From: a bacterium
Lineage (GTDB): Bacteria; Patescibacteriota; Minisyncoccia; UBA6257; 2-01-FULL-56-20
Direction of reading: 5' to 3'
DNA: 61,361 nt
NCBI GenBank assembly: GCA_021780195.1
Contig: JAJXZE010000013.1
Location: 1-61,361, forward strand
Part shown: positions 19,978-28,892 of the stretch, piece by piece
Position numbering within the stretch: position 1 is the first letter of the stretch
How the letters are laid out: every line of letters starts with the position of its first letter
Translations under genes and position numbers: made by a program
Notes under the pieces: generated by a model
Database searches by the model: none
Told to the model about the DNA's origin: nothing
Seen by the model: the letters and a program-made list of their open reading frames with translations, nothing else

Positions 19978-20433
19978 TTAACTCCACCCGAGGTGTTTCT
20001 TGAGTATCGTGCCGTAGATATCTTCGCGGGTCACGATGCCCGCGAGCGTCCCGCCGTTTTCCGTGACGGGAAGGCGGTGGAGTCCGTGCGCGAGCATGAG
20101 TCCGCCCGCGCGCAGGATGCACGCATTGGCGTTCACGGTGATCACGTGTTGCGTCATGAATTTTTCCACCGGTTCGCGGCGCAGGGCTTCGATCTCGTCC
20201 TCGCGATCTTCCTGATCGTGGTACGCTTCCGGTTCGTGGAGATAATCCTCGTAGCGCGGGAACATGGCGCGGAAAAGATCCTTTTCGGAAACAATGCCCG
20301 CGAGGCGTCCCTCGGCGTCCAGAACCGGTGCGCCGCTCACGCCGTGCGCATGAAGAATCCGCGCCGTTTCCTCGTACGTGGTTCCCGCGGAGACGGTGAT
20401 GACGGGTGTCCGCATGACCTCGCGCACCTTCAT
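19978..20433 (-). CDS. CBS-domain pair protein
   Basis: Two CBS repeats (VMRTPVITVS...APVLDAEGRLAGIVSEKDL and FMTQHVITV...LPVTENGGTLAGIVTREDI). Only the C-terminal 151 codons of the 495-aa track ORF are credible. Confidence 0.85.
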   Translation of the reverse strand: MKVREVMRTPVITVSAGTTYEETARILHAHGVSGAPVLDAEGRLAGIVSEKDLFRAMFPRYEDYLHEPEAYHDQEDREDEIEALRREPVEKFMTQHVITVNANACILRAGGLMLAHGLHRLPVTENGGTLAGIVTREDIYGTILKKHLGWS

Positions 20434-20512
20434 GCCACCATCATAGCGCCCGCGTGGCGGATGGGAATGGCGGGTTATGCACCGCGCGGATAGGCAGGTA
20501 TAATGGAGCCAT

Positions 20513-22447
20513 ATGCGCTTTTTGCGGCTTCCGGAGCGTGAATATCTCCTGATCGTTGCGGTAAGCGCCGCGCTTGCGGCCGATCTTTTTGCGCCGGCAT
20601 CCGCAGCCGCGGCCGCGGTGCTCTGGGTCGCCGCACTCGCGGGATCCCTTCCCACGGCGTGGGCGGCGGCACGTTCGATCGTCCGCCGGAGGATCACCAT
20701 TGACACCTTCAATATTTTCGCGCTCGCGGTTTCCTTCGCGACGCGTGAAGTGCGCTCCGCGGCGTTCATCGTCCTCATGCTCACGTTCGCGCGCCTCCTC
20801 GACTGGTATACCGAATCACGCACCAAGAACGCCGTGGAGGAGCTTCTTCGCCTGAAGCCGGAGCACGCCTTCCGTGTCGTGGGGGGCGCCCGCGGCGAGC
20901 ATGGCGAGCGCGTGGAGAAAATCGGCGCTGACGGGATCCGCGAAGGGGACATCCTGCTCGTGGAAGAGGGTGGGCGCGTGCCGGCGGACGGCATCGTCGT
21001 ATTCGGCGAAGCGCTCGTGAACGAAGCGTCCGTCACGGGGGAATCGGTGCCGGTGCCGAAGGGCGAGGGGGATCGCGTACTTTCGGGAACGCTCGCCGAG
21101 TCGGGGACGATCAAGCTCCGCGCCACGGGCGTCGGGAAGGATTCCACGCTCGAACGCATGGCGGCCCTGATCCGAGAGGCGCAGAAGAACAAGTCGCGGT
21201 CGGAACGGCTCGCGGACCGCTTCGCGGCGATCTTCTTTCCGGTGGTTCTCATCTCCGGCGCCGCGGTGTATCTCCTCACGAAGAATATCCTCATGACGGC
21301 GGCGCTTTTCCTTGTGGCGTGCGCTGACGACATGGCGGTGGCGATTCCGCTTGCGGCGACGGCGTCGCTCGGGAGGGCGGCGAGCCGCGGCGTGATCGTG
21401 AAGGGAGGCGAATGGCTTGATGCGATGGGAAAAGTGAAGACGCTGGTGCTCGACAAGACGGGCACGCTGACCTACGGCGCGTTCACGTTCCGGGATGCGG
21501 ACATCATCGAGGGCGTTTCCGCGGAGCGGTTCTGGACGCTCACGGGCGCGGCGGAAAAATTCTCTGAGCATCCCGTGGGGCGCGCGATATTCAGGGAAGC
21601 GGCCGCGCGCGTGACGGCGGGCGGCGTGCCTTCCCCCGACGAAGTGAAAGTGCATCGCGGCAACGGCATCTGGGCGCGCATCGGAAGCGAGGAAGTCGCG
21701 ATCGGCGATGAGGGAATGTGCGCGGATCTTGGCATCGTCCCCGATCCGCGTACCCTCGCGAAGCTCGGAAAAAAGCGCGCGCAGTTTGGCGGGACGACGG
21801 TCCTCGTCGCGATCGGCGGAAAATGCGCCGGACTCATCACCGTGGCGGACGTGCCGCGCGAGGAAGCGGGGGACAGCATCCGCGAGCTCAGGGCGCAGGG
21901 AGTGCGGAACGTGATCATGTTCACGGGCGATAATGAAGCGACCGCACGGACGGTTGCGGAGAAGCTCAGCATGACCTCGTACGTCGCGTCGATGTCTCCC
22001 GAGGATAAGATGCGCCGGCTTGAGGAGCTCCTGAAGGACGGTCCGGTCGCGATGGTGGGAGACGGCATCAATGATTCGCCGGCGCTCGCGCGCGCGGACG
22101 TCGGCATCGCGATGGGCGGCGGGGGTGCGGCGGTTGCGGTCGCGGCGGCGGACCTCGTCATCCTTACGGACGACCTTTCCCGCGTTCCGGAGATGGTGGC
22201 GCTCGGAAGGCGCACGGCATCCGTCATCCGTTGGGACATGATTATCTGGGTACTCTCGAATGCCGCGGGATTCGCGCTCGTCCTGACCGGTATCGCGGGT
22301 CCGGCGCTTGCCGCATTCTATAATTTTGCCACGGATTTCCTGCCGCTCGCGAATTCGACCCGGCTGTTTGCCGGCGGGCCGCACGGCGCGCGCCCTGCGC
22401 GATCGACGCGCCCCGCCACGCGCGCCACGGCGGAGCCGAGCCGCTAG
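20513..22447 (+). CDS. P-type cation-transporting ATPase (P1B-like topology, atypical ion-site motif, no N-terminal HMA domain)
   Basis: Motifs DKTGTLT, TGDN and GDGINDSPAL. The TM-helix motif is ACADD (C270-A271-D272, nt 21320-21328), at exactly the spacing where CopA-type pumps carry CPC. Confidence 0.9.
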   Translation: MRFLRLPEREYLLIVAVSAALAADLFAPASAAAAAVLWVAALAGSLPTAWAAARSIVRRRITIDTFNIFALAVSFATREVRSAAFIVLMLTFARLLDWYTESRTKNAVEELLRLKPEHAFRVVGGARGEHGERVEKIGADGIREGDILLVEEGGRVPADGIVVFGEALVNEASVTGESVPVPKGEGDRVLSGTLAESGTIKLRATGVGKDSTLERMAALIREAQKNKSRSERLADRFAAIFFPVVLISGAAVYLLTKNILMTAALFLVACADDMAVAIPLAATASLGRAASRGVIVKGGEWLDAMGKVKTLVLDKTGTLTYGAFTFRDADIIEGVSAERFWTLTGAAEKFSEHPVGRAIFREAAARVTAGGVPSPDEVKVHRGNGIWARIGSEEVAIGDEGMCADLGIVPDPRTLAKLGKKRAQFGGTTVLVAIGGKCAGLITVADVPREEAGDSIRELRAQGVRNVIMFTGDNEATARTVAEKLSMTSYVASMSPEDKMRRLEELLKDGPVAMVGDGINDSPALARADVGIAMGGGGAAVAVAAADLVILTDDLSRVPEMVALGRRTASVIRWDMIIWVLSNAAGFALVLTGIAGPALAAFYNFATDFLPLANSTRLFAGGPHGARPARSTRPATRATAEPSR

Positions 22448-23559
22448 TTTATTTCCCGCACAAGAAGCGCGGGGGTTGAGGTCGCGAAGACGACCTCGAA
22501 ATCGATGCGCCCGATCACCTGCCCGTTCGGCGTCATGATGTTCACGCGCCAGAGTCCCGCATCGGGCGCGGGTTCCACGGAGAACGTGCGCCAGCCACCG
22601 TCCGCGCCGCCTGCGACCGCAAGGGGGATGCGTCCGCGGGTAATCCACGCGCCGCGCGATGCGTCATAATACTGCCACTCGTGAATTACGTCCGCGGCAA
22701 ATGCCGTCGGCGAGAATATTGCCGTATAGGCATAGAGCGGTTCGCCGGGTGCGATGCGCACGGTCGTCCGGCGGGCGAGGAACGCGAACGGCCCCTGATC
22801 CTCGTATCCGGCCGTGTAGCGTCCCGGCCCGTTCACGGTGAAGGATTCGTATATCCCCGCGTCTTTCAGGGAAAGGGGAAGCGGCGGAATGACCTTCAGG
22901 AAATAGAGACCGTTCACGAGCGCGATGATCACGGCGATCACGGCGAATACCGCATGGCCGTTCCTTCCCGAGAACCGCCCGCGCGAGAAGGCGGCGATGA
23001 CGAGGACGACCGCAAGGATCGCGCCGAGCGATGCGAGGCCGCTCAGCAGGAAAACATCCGTGCCGATGCGGTGCAGAAGCATGGGGAGAAGGTAGATTGC
23101 GAAAGCATAAAACGAAAGAAAAAGCAGGCCGATCTGGAACGCGAGCCGTTCGTAGTGGCGCTTCAGCGATTCGTTCATGACGAATGCCAGGGCGAGGATC
23201 GCGAGGAAGGGCCAGCTTTCGGCGAGCGTCCCGCTCCGGAAATAGAACACAAGATAGACGGAGAGGATGCCGCCGAAGAAGAACTGCATCACATTCACGA
23301 GCCAGAAGTGGAGCTTCTCCGGGTTCGCCTCGTCCCGCCCCGAGTTCGGGAGAAGATTGATCCAGATCGCGGTCAGGGTGACGATCGCAAGATGGCCCAC
23401 GACCCAGAAATTCTCCCAGAACATGTCGACGCGGGTGAGCGTCAGGGCGTCGAAGACGAACCCGCCGACGAGCGAGAGGGACGAAACGGGGCGTTCAAAC
23501 CGGCCGTACCATCGGCGGGCGCGGGCGAGAGCGCGCGAAGCGGGAGAGGGGCGTTCCAT
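22444..23559 (-). CDS. DUF2914 domain-containing membrane protein
   Basis: Multiple N-terminal TM helices and a C-terminal pattern IHEWQYYD...GAWITRGRIPL...GGWRTFS typical of DUF2914. Only the 3' 371 codons of the 707-aa track ORF are credible. Confidence 0.6.
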   Translation of the reverse strand: MERPSPASRALARARRWYGRFERPVSSLSLVGGFVFDALTLTRVDMFWENFWVVGHLAIVTLTAIWINLLPNSGRDEANPEKLHFWLVNVMQFFFGGILSVYLVFYFRSGTLAESWPFLAILALAFVMNESLKRHYERLAFQIGLLFLSFYAFAIYLLPMLLHRIGTDVFLLSGLASLGAILAVVLVIAAFSRGRFSGRNGHAVFAVIAVIIALVNGLYFLKVIPPLPLSLKDAGIYESFTVNGPGRYTAGYEDQGPFAFLARRTTVRIAPGEPLYAYTAIFSPTAFAADVIHEWQYYDASRGAWITRGRIPLAVAGGADGGWRTFSVEPAPDAGLWRVNIMTPNGQVIGRIDFEVVFATSTPALLVREIN

Positions 23560-23664
23560 GAATAGATCTATCGTACCATAATAAAAAACCGCGGCCTCTT
23601 TACGCGGGGTGGAAAGTGGCGTAGGATGACAACGGTTCAAATTCAAACGAAAGAGGAGAGACGT

Positions 23665-24675
23665 ATGAATAATGTATATTGGGAAAAATGGCAGGCGGGG
23701 AAATGGGATCTGCCCGTGGTGCCGCTTGAGGATGAGCGCCTCAACCCCTTTCGGGATGAAGGCGTTGAGTTTCATTTCCTCCTCGGTAATCACGCCCCGG
23801 ACGAAACGCTGAAATTTGCCGCGGTGAGCGGCATTCTCAAGCATGCTGCAAAAAGCGGCGCGCTCGAGGGGAAAAATGAACATGCCGCAGCAACGTCGGG
23901 AGCTTTCGGGAGGGTTGCGGCGAGGGTTTGTCCCATGCCTATGTTCGGGGCCAGTAAAGTCACCCTCGTGATGAAGGAAGACGTTCCCGAAGGAAAACGC
24001 CGTTCGGCGTTTTTCGCAGGTGCGACCATTGTTCCTCCAGAGGAAGGGTTGAGCACGATTGCGACCGCCCAGAAGATGGGTCAACGGTCGAACGTTTTCA
24101 ACCTCGATCAATACACCGATTACCACGTTACGGACGACTATCGGGAGATTGTCGCTCCGCACGTGTGGGGGAAGCTCCATCCCGACGTCTTGGTGAGTCC
24201 AGTGGGTACGGGAGGAACCTTCATCGGCCTCGCCGATGCCTTCAAAAACTTTTCCGACGGCAACACTTTTGTTGTCGGAGCAATGTGCGCGTCCGGCGCA
24301 AAAATTCCCGGAATGCGTGACGTTGAGGGTATGGCGGAGATCCGGCATCCCTGGCAGAAAAAGATGGATGAAGCGGTGGAAGTCGGCACGGAGTTCGCCT
24401 ACCTTTCCGCGCTTTGGTTCCAGTGGGGAACCGGCGTTGCGTCCGGCGTAAGCGGAGGCGCATCGCTCGCCGCGATGACGTCGTTCATTGTCAGTCATCG
24501 GGCGGCAGGCGACCTCGACCGTTTCCGCGGTTCGGATGGAAGGATCCGGATTCTCGGGATAGTGCACGATGGATTCATGCCATATCTCGATCGATTTTCC
24601 ACGGTCCTATCATCGAAGAATAAAAACCGACGTACCGCGGAGACGCCATATGAGTTTCTCCGAAGAACCGTTTGA
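23665..24675 (+). CDS. Divergent PLP-dependent enzyme of the cysteine synthase/tryptophan-synthase-beta fold
   Basis: Candidate PLP-Lys region (NHAPDETLKFAAVSG, compare NPxGSxKDR) and the glycine loop VSPVGTGGTFIGL. A strong SD (AAGAGGAGAG) precedes the ATG at 23665. Alternative start at 23626. Confidence 0.6.
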   Translation: MNNVYWEKWQAGKWDLPVVPLEDERLNPFRDEGVEFHFLLGNHAPDETLKFAAVSGILKHAAKSGALEGKNEHAAATSGAFGRVAARVCPMPMFGASKVTLVMKEDVPEGKRRSAFFAGATIVPPEEGLSTIATAQKMGQRSNVFNLDQYTDYHVTDDYREIVAPHVWGKLHPDVLVSPVGTGGTFIGLADAFKNFSDGNTFVVGAMCASGAKIPGMRDVEGMAEIRHPWQKKMDEAVEVGTEFAYLSALWFQWGTGVASGVSGGASLAAMTSFIVSHRAAGDLDRFRGSDGRIRILGIVHDGFMPYLDRFSTVLSSKNKNRRTAETPYEFLRRTV

Positions 24676-24682
24676 CAGTATC

Positions 24683-24718
24683 CGGCTTCCGCGCACCGCG
24701 CACGGAAGCCGTTTTTTG
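24683..24718 (+). terminator. Rho-independent terminator
   Basis: Perfect 9-bp stem CGGCTTCCG/CGGAAGCCG with an 11-nt loop, followed by TTTTTTG, 8 nt after the stop of the PLP-enzyme gene. Confidence 0.7.
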
Positions 24719-24752
24719 TCGAGTGAATAAAAAAGTAGTACCATATCTCCAT

Positions 24753-25589
24753 ATGGCTTCCCCCACGCACGCACACGCCACCGCGACCGCGCCGAAACCG
24801 CGGTTTGACCCTGCCGTCGCCGCCGCGACCGCCGCGAAGGCTCCCGCGATGAAGCCGGGCATCCAGCCGGGCACGAAAATCACGGTCGACGGCGCGACCT
24901 ACGAGCGCTTTGCGATTCGCGTGCCGCACCTGATCCAGTTCGGCGAAGGCCTCGAGCACGTCCTCGAGGAGTACGTCAAACCTTACTATAAAGAAGGGGA
25001 TTGGATCGCGGTGTCCGAGAAGCTTGTTTCCATTTCGCAGAACCTGGTGCGCCATATCTCAACGGTCAAAGTGACGTGGCTTGCCCGCCTCGTGACAAAG
25101 GGCGTGAAGAAGCATAAGAACATGACGGCATGGTCGCGCCCTGAGAAGGTTCAGCTTGCGATCGAGATCGCGGGCGTGCACCGCATCCTGCCTGCCATGT
25201 TTTTTGGGGCGCTCGGCAAGTTGGTCGGCGTGCGCGGTGTCTTCTGGGTCATCGCCGGTCACCGCGTATCGGAGATCGACGGCTTTATCCCGGAAGACAT
25301 GTATCCGTATACCGAGTGGGCGGTCCTCCCTCCGCCCGACCCGCAGGCCGACTGCGACCGCGTCGAGGCCGCGACCGGCATGCCCATGGTCACCGCGGAC
25401 GCGAATTACATCAACGTGAAGATCGTCGGCGCGAGCAAGGGCGTCGGCCTCGACTGGAAGACGATCCGGAAAGTCCTTCTCGATAATCCGCTGGGGCAGG
25501 GAAACAAAATGACGCCGTTCGTCATCGTGCGGAAGCTGGGCGCCGGAACAAACGGAGGCCCGGAGGGCGCCGCAGGAGAAGCACGATAA
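24753..25589 (+). CDS. CofE-like (F420-0:gamma-glutamyl ligase family) protein
   Basis: GDWIAVSEKLVSISQN resembles the GD-x-x-x-x-x-x-K-x-V-S motif of the family. The C-terminus DNPLGQGNKMTPFVIVR is also family-like. Assignment by eye only. Confidence 0.45.
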   Translation: MASPTHAHATATAPKPRFDPAVAAATAAKAPAMKPGIQPGTKITVDGATYERFAIRVPHLIQFGEGLEHVLEEYVKPYYKEGDWIAVSEKLVSISQNLVRHISTVKVTWLARLVTKGVKKHKNMTAWSRPEKVQLAIEIAGVHRILPAMFFGALGKLVGVRGVFWVIAGHRVSEIDGFIPEDMYPYTEWAVLPPPDPQADCDRVEAATGMPMVTADANYINVKIVGASKGVGLDWKTIRKVLLDNPLGQGNKMTPFVIVRKLGAGTNGGPEGAAGEAR

Positions 25590-25594
25590 CTCCC

Positions 25595-26395
25595 ATGTCG
25601 CTCCGCCATCGCATCAAGTCGCATACGCCCTGGCCGCTCCACTACCTGTACCGGAAGGTTTATTATTTCCCGAAGGATTTCGTGGCCGCGTGCGCGCTCG
25701 TGTTCCACGGCACGCGCACCGGGACCACGTTCGCCGAACGTGCGGCGCTCGTGCGAAAATTTTACTCCATTTCCTATTATGTCGATTGTCCGCACACGGA
25801 GCACGAGATCCTTACGATCGCGCGGCGTATCCTGGACCTCGACCCAGGCGTCGAGGGGACGATCATCGAAGCGGGCGCATTCCACGGCGGGAGTACGGCA
25901 AAGCTCTCACTCGTCGCAAAACTCTCGCACCGGACACTCGACGTCTTCGACTCCTTCGAGGGCATGCCGGAGAACCGCGAGATGCACGGCAAGAGCATCT
26001 ACGGACGCGAGCACCATTTCCCGAAGGGGAGCCACGCGGTGGGGCTTGACGAAGTAAAGGGGAACGTCACGCGGTACGGCGTGGCGTCCGTCGCGCGATA
26101 CCACAAGGGCTGGTTCAGTGAAACCATGCCCGGTTTCAGGGAAAAGATCGCTGTCGTCTGCGTGAACGCCGACCTTGTACAATCCACGAAAGATTGCGTG
26201 AAGAACCTTTACCCGCGCATGGAACGGGGAGGAATTTTCTTCTCTCAGGACGGGCACTTCCCTTGGATCATTTCGCTTCTTAAGGACGATGCGTTCTGGG
26301 AAAAAGAAGTCGGCGTGAAGAAGCCGCCGATGGAAGGCCTCGGCGCGTCGAAGCTCGTCACGATCCGGGCCGACCGGCGACCGGCGATGCGCTAG
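25595..26395 (+). CDS. TylF/macrocin-O-methyltransferase family SAM-dependent methyltransferase
   Basis: Motifs EAGAFHGGST, LDVFDSFEGMPE and VCVNADLVQSTKDCV, plus the GGIFFSQD pattern. Confidence 0.7.
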   Translation: MSLRHRIKSHTPWPLHYLYRKVYYFPKDFVAACALVFHGTRTGTTFAERAALVRKFYSISYYVDCPHTEHEILTIARRILDLDPGVEGTIIEAGAFHGGSTAKLSLVAKLSHRTLDVFDSFEGMPENREMHGKSIYGREHHFPKGSHAVGLDEVKGNVTRYGVASVARYHKGWFSETMPGFREKIAVVCVNADLVQSTKDCVKNLYPRMERGGIFFSQDGHFPWIISLLKDDAFWEKEVGVKKPPMEGLGASKLVTIRADRRPAMR

Positions 26396-27852
26396 AGTTT
26401 CTCGAGGTCGAGCGTCTGGTCGATCCTGATCTGCTTCACGAATTCGGGCACGTGACTCACGAGGATCATCGCGCCCTCATAACGGTCAAGCGCGCGGGCG
26501 ATCACCGGAATATGGCGGAAGTTGATGTGGTTGGTCGGCTCGTCGAGGAGGAGGAGCCCAGGACGTTCGAGCGATATTTTCGCGAATGCCACGAGCCCTT
26601 TCTGCCCTTCGGAGAGCGCCCCCACGCGCATGCGGAGGATCTCCGCGTCGAGGAGGAATCCCGCCGCGCGCGACCGGAGCTCGGTCTCCGTGTCTTCCTC
26701 CATTGCGTCCGCGAGCGTCTCATAGACTGTCCTCTCAAAGTCGAGCGTCGAGAAGTCCTGGCGGTAATAGCTGACGCGCGTGCCGGGGATGATGTGCTCG
26801 CCCTTGGCGTGGCCCGTGGCGAGGGCCTCGAGGAGCGTGGTCTTGCCGATGCCGTTCGGCCCCCTGAGAAGAAGGCGCTCCTTCGCTTTGAGCGCCACAG
26901 CAACCTTCTTTGAGGCGGGCTTGTGCTCCTTGACGACGGAGACGGAGGTAAGTTCGAGGATGCGTCCCGCGAGATCTTTCTGCGCAGGGATCGCAAAGTC
27001 GCGGATCGTCCGATCCTCCTGGCGCATCTCCACCATATTCTCCTCGAGGTCGTCGATCTTCTCGTTCATCTTCCGCGCGACGTCGCGCATGTGGCCGCCC
27101 TTCTGCTCGAAGAAACTCGCCTGTTCCTTCCGGTGCTGGATCTCCTTCTGCAGGCGGACGTTCTTCATGCGCTCGCGCTCGAGGCGCGCCTTGATCTCCT
27201 CCACGACGTCAAGATAATCGCCGACGTACTGTTCCACTTTGTGCGTGAAGACATCGAGATAGAGGACCCCGTGCGTGAAGGAGTTCAGGAATCCGGCGTC
27301 GTGCGAGATGACGATGCAGGTTTTCCGGTAATCGATCAGGAACTGCGTGAGATGGGCGATGCCTTCCTTGTCGAGGTTGTTCGTCGGTTCGTCGAGAAGG
27401 AGAAGGTCGGGATCCTGGATGAGCGCCCGGGCGAGCAGGAGGCGCGCCTGCTGTCCTCCCGAGAAGGTGTTGACCGCGCGGTCGAACGGCGCCTTGAGAT
27501 GCACGACCTCGAGCACTTTCTTGATGCGCGGCTCGAGGTTGTAAACCTTCTTCGGGAAGGCGCGTTCGAAGAACGCGGGGACGGTGAATGCGAGTTCGTC
27601 GCGGGGGATGACCTGTTCCGCGGTCGCGATCGTGAGGCCGTCCTCGACGATAACGCTCCCTTCGGCGGGGGCGAGGGCTCCCGTAATGAGGCGGAAGATG
27701 GTGCTTTTGCCCGCGCCGTTCTGGCCCATCAGCGTGATCTTCGAGCCGCGGCGGACCGAAAAATCGGCCCCCTCGAGGATGAGCTTCCGGCCGTATTCGA
27801 ACGTGACGTTACTGAACCGCAGGACGACTGCGTGGTTTGCCTGACTTGCCAT
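26392..27852 (-). CDS. ABC-F family ATPase (two ABC cassettes, no TM domain)
   Basis: Walker A GQNGAGKST and GPNGIGKTT, two signature motifs (FSGGQQARL, LSEGQKGLV), and a charged inter-domain linker. Confidence 0.9.
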   Translation of the reverse strand: MASQANHAVVLRFSNVTFEYGRKLILEGADFSVRRGSKITLMGQNGAGKSTIFRLITGALAPAEGSVIVEDGLTIATAEQVIPRDELAFTVPAFFERAFPKKVYNLEPRIKKVLEVVHLKAPFDRAVNTFSGGQQARLLLARALIQDPDLLLLDEPTNNLDKEGIAHLTQFLIDYRKTCIVISHDAGFLNSFTHGVLYLDVFTHKVEQYVGDYLDVVEEIKARLERERMKNVRLQKEIQHRKEQASFFEQKGGHMRDVARKMNEKIDDLEENMVEMRQEDRTIRDFAIPAQKDLAGRILELTSVSVVKEHKPASKKVAVALKAKERLLLRGPNGIGKTTLLEALATGHAKGEHIIPGTRVSYYRQDFSTLDFERTVYETLADAMEEDTETELRSRAAGFLLDAEILRMRVGALSEGQKGLVAFAKISLERPGLLLLDEPTNHINFRHIPVIARALDRYEGAMILVSHVPEFVKQIRIDQTLDLEKL

Positions 27853-28831
27853 GTGGGGGGATTATAGCACGTTTTTCCGCTTCCATCACGCCGAGGATTT
27901 TCGAGATTTCCTTCATGCTCTTTTCGTCCGCGATCGAAACGGCGATCGTCTTTTTATTTTCCTTCCTGAGCGCCGCGAGCTTCTTTTTGAGATCGGCAGA
28001 GGTTGTGAGGTCGCTCTTGGAAAGGAGGATATATTCGGGCTTTTCAAGGAGTGCTTTGCGCCACGCGCCGAGCTCGCGGCGGATCGTGCGGTAGTCGTGG
28101 ACGGGATCCGCGGATTCCGTGGAGACGAAGTGGAAAAGGATGCGCGTGCGCTCGATGTGGCGGAGGAATTTCATGCCGAGGCCTTTTCCAGCGGACGATC
28201 CTTCGATGAGTCCCGGAATGTCCGCGAGAATGAGTTCGTAGTAGGCGCCGAGGTTCGGTTCGAGCGTCGTGAACGGATAATTCGCCACCTTGACGCTCGC
28301 GTTCGTGAGTGCGTTCAGCATGCTCGACTTCCCGGCGTTCGGGAGGCCGACGAAGCCCACGTCCGCGATGAGCTTCAGCTCGAGATGCGCGGCGAACGCC
28401 TCGCCTGGGAGTCCCGGCTGGAACTGGGTGGGGGACGTGTTGCGCGAGGAACGGAAGTGGAAATTACCTTTGCCTCCGTTTCCGCCCTTCGCGATCACGA
28501 TGCGTTCGCCGATTTTTTCAATGGAAAGTTCCGCGCCCGTCGCGAGGTTGCGGATTACAGTGCCCACGGGCAGGTGGAGCACGAGATCTTTGCCATCTCT
28601 GCCGTCGTGGAACTGGATGCCTCCCTCGCGCCCGTCTTCGGCGCGGAATTCCTTCTTGAAGCGGAACTGGCGCAGGGCGCCGATGTCCGCGACGCCTACG
28701 CCGAGTACGCTCCCGCCCCGGCCTCCCGACCCGCCCGCGGGCCCGAGTGCCATCATGTTGCGGTTGAAGGCCACCGCGCCTTTTCCGCCGTGGCCCGCCA
28801 CGACTTCGATTTTCACTTCATCGATGAACAT
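27809..28831 (-). CDS. obg: GTPase Obg/CgtA
   Basis: Obg fold N-terminus MFIDEVKIEVVAGHGGKGAVAF, G1 GLPNAGKSS, G3 DIPG and G4 SKSD. Confidence 0.95.
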   Translation of the reverse strand: MFIDEVKIEVVAGHGGKGAVAFNRNMMALGPAGGSGGRGGSVLGVGVADIGALRQFRFKKEFRAEDGREGGIQFHDGRDGKDLVLHLPVGTVIRNLATGAELSIEKIGERIVIAKGGNGGKGNFHFRSSRNTSPTQFQPGLPGEAFAAHLELKLIADVGFVGLPNAGKSSMLNALTNASVKVANYPFTTLEPNLGAYYELILADIPGLIEGSSAGKGLGMKFLRHIERTRILFHFVSTESADPVHDYRTIRRELGAWRKALLEKPEYILLSKSDLTTSADLKKKLAALRKENKKTIAVSIADEKSMKEISKILGVMEAEKRAIIPPHGKSGKPRSRPAVQ

Positions 28832-28892
28832 GAAGGTATTCTAGCATGTCCCACGCTCGCGCGCCGGGGCGGTTTATGGCAGAATAAAAGCC

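Noticed and set aside
20434-21465. N-terminal extension of the CBS-domain ORF (19978-21465)
   Set aside because: The extension is antisense to the P-type ATPase. The CBS pair begins at the ATG at 20433, which is preceded by a TATGAT box.
20816-22648. 610-aa ORF antisense to the P-type ATPase
   Set aside because: High-GC shadow ORF. The plus-strand gene has DKTGT, TGDN and GDGIND motifs.
23560-24567. N-terminal extension of the DUF2914 ORF (22444-24567)
   Set aside because: The extension is antisense to the PLP-enzyme gene. The coherent membrane protein begins at the ATG at 23559.
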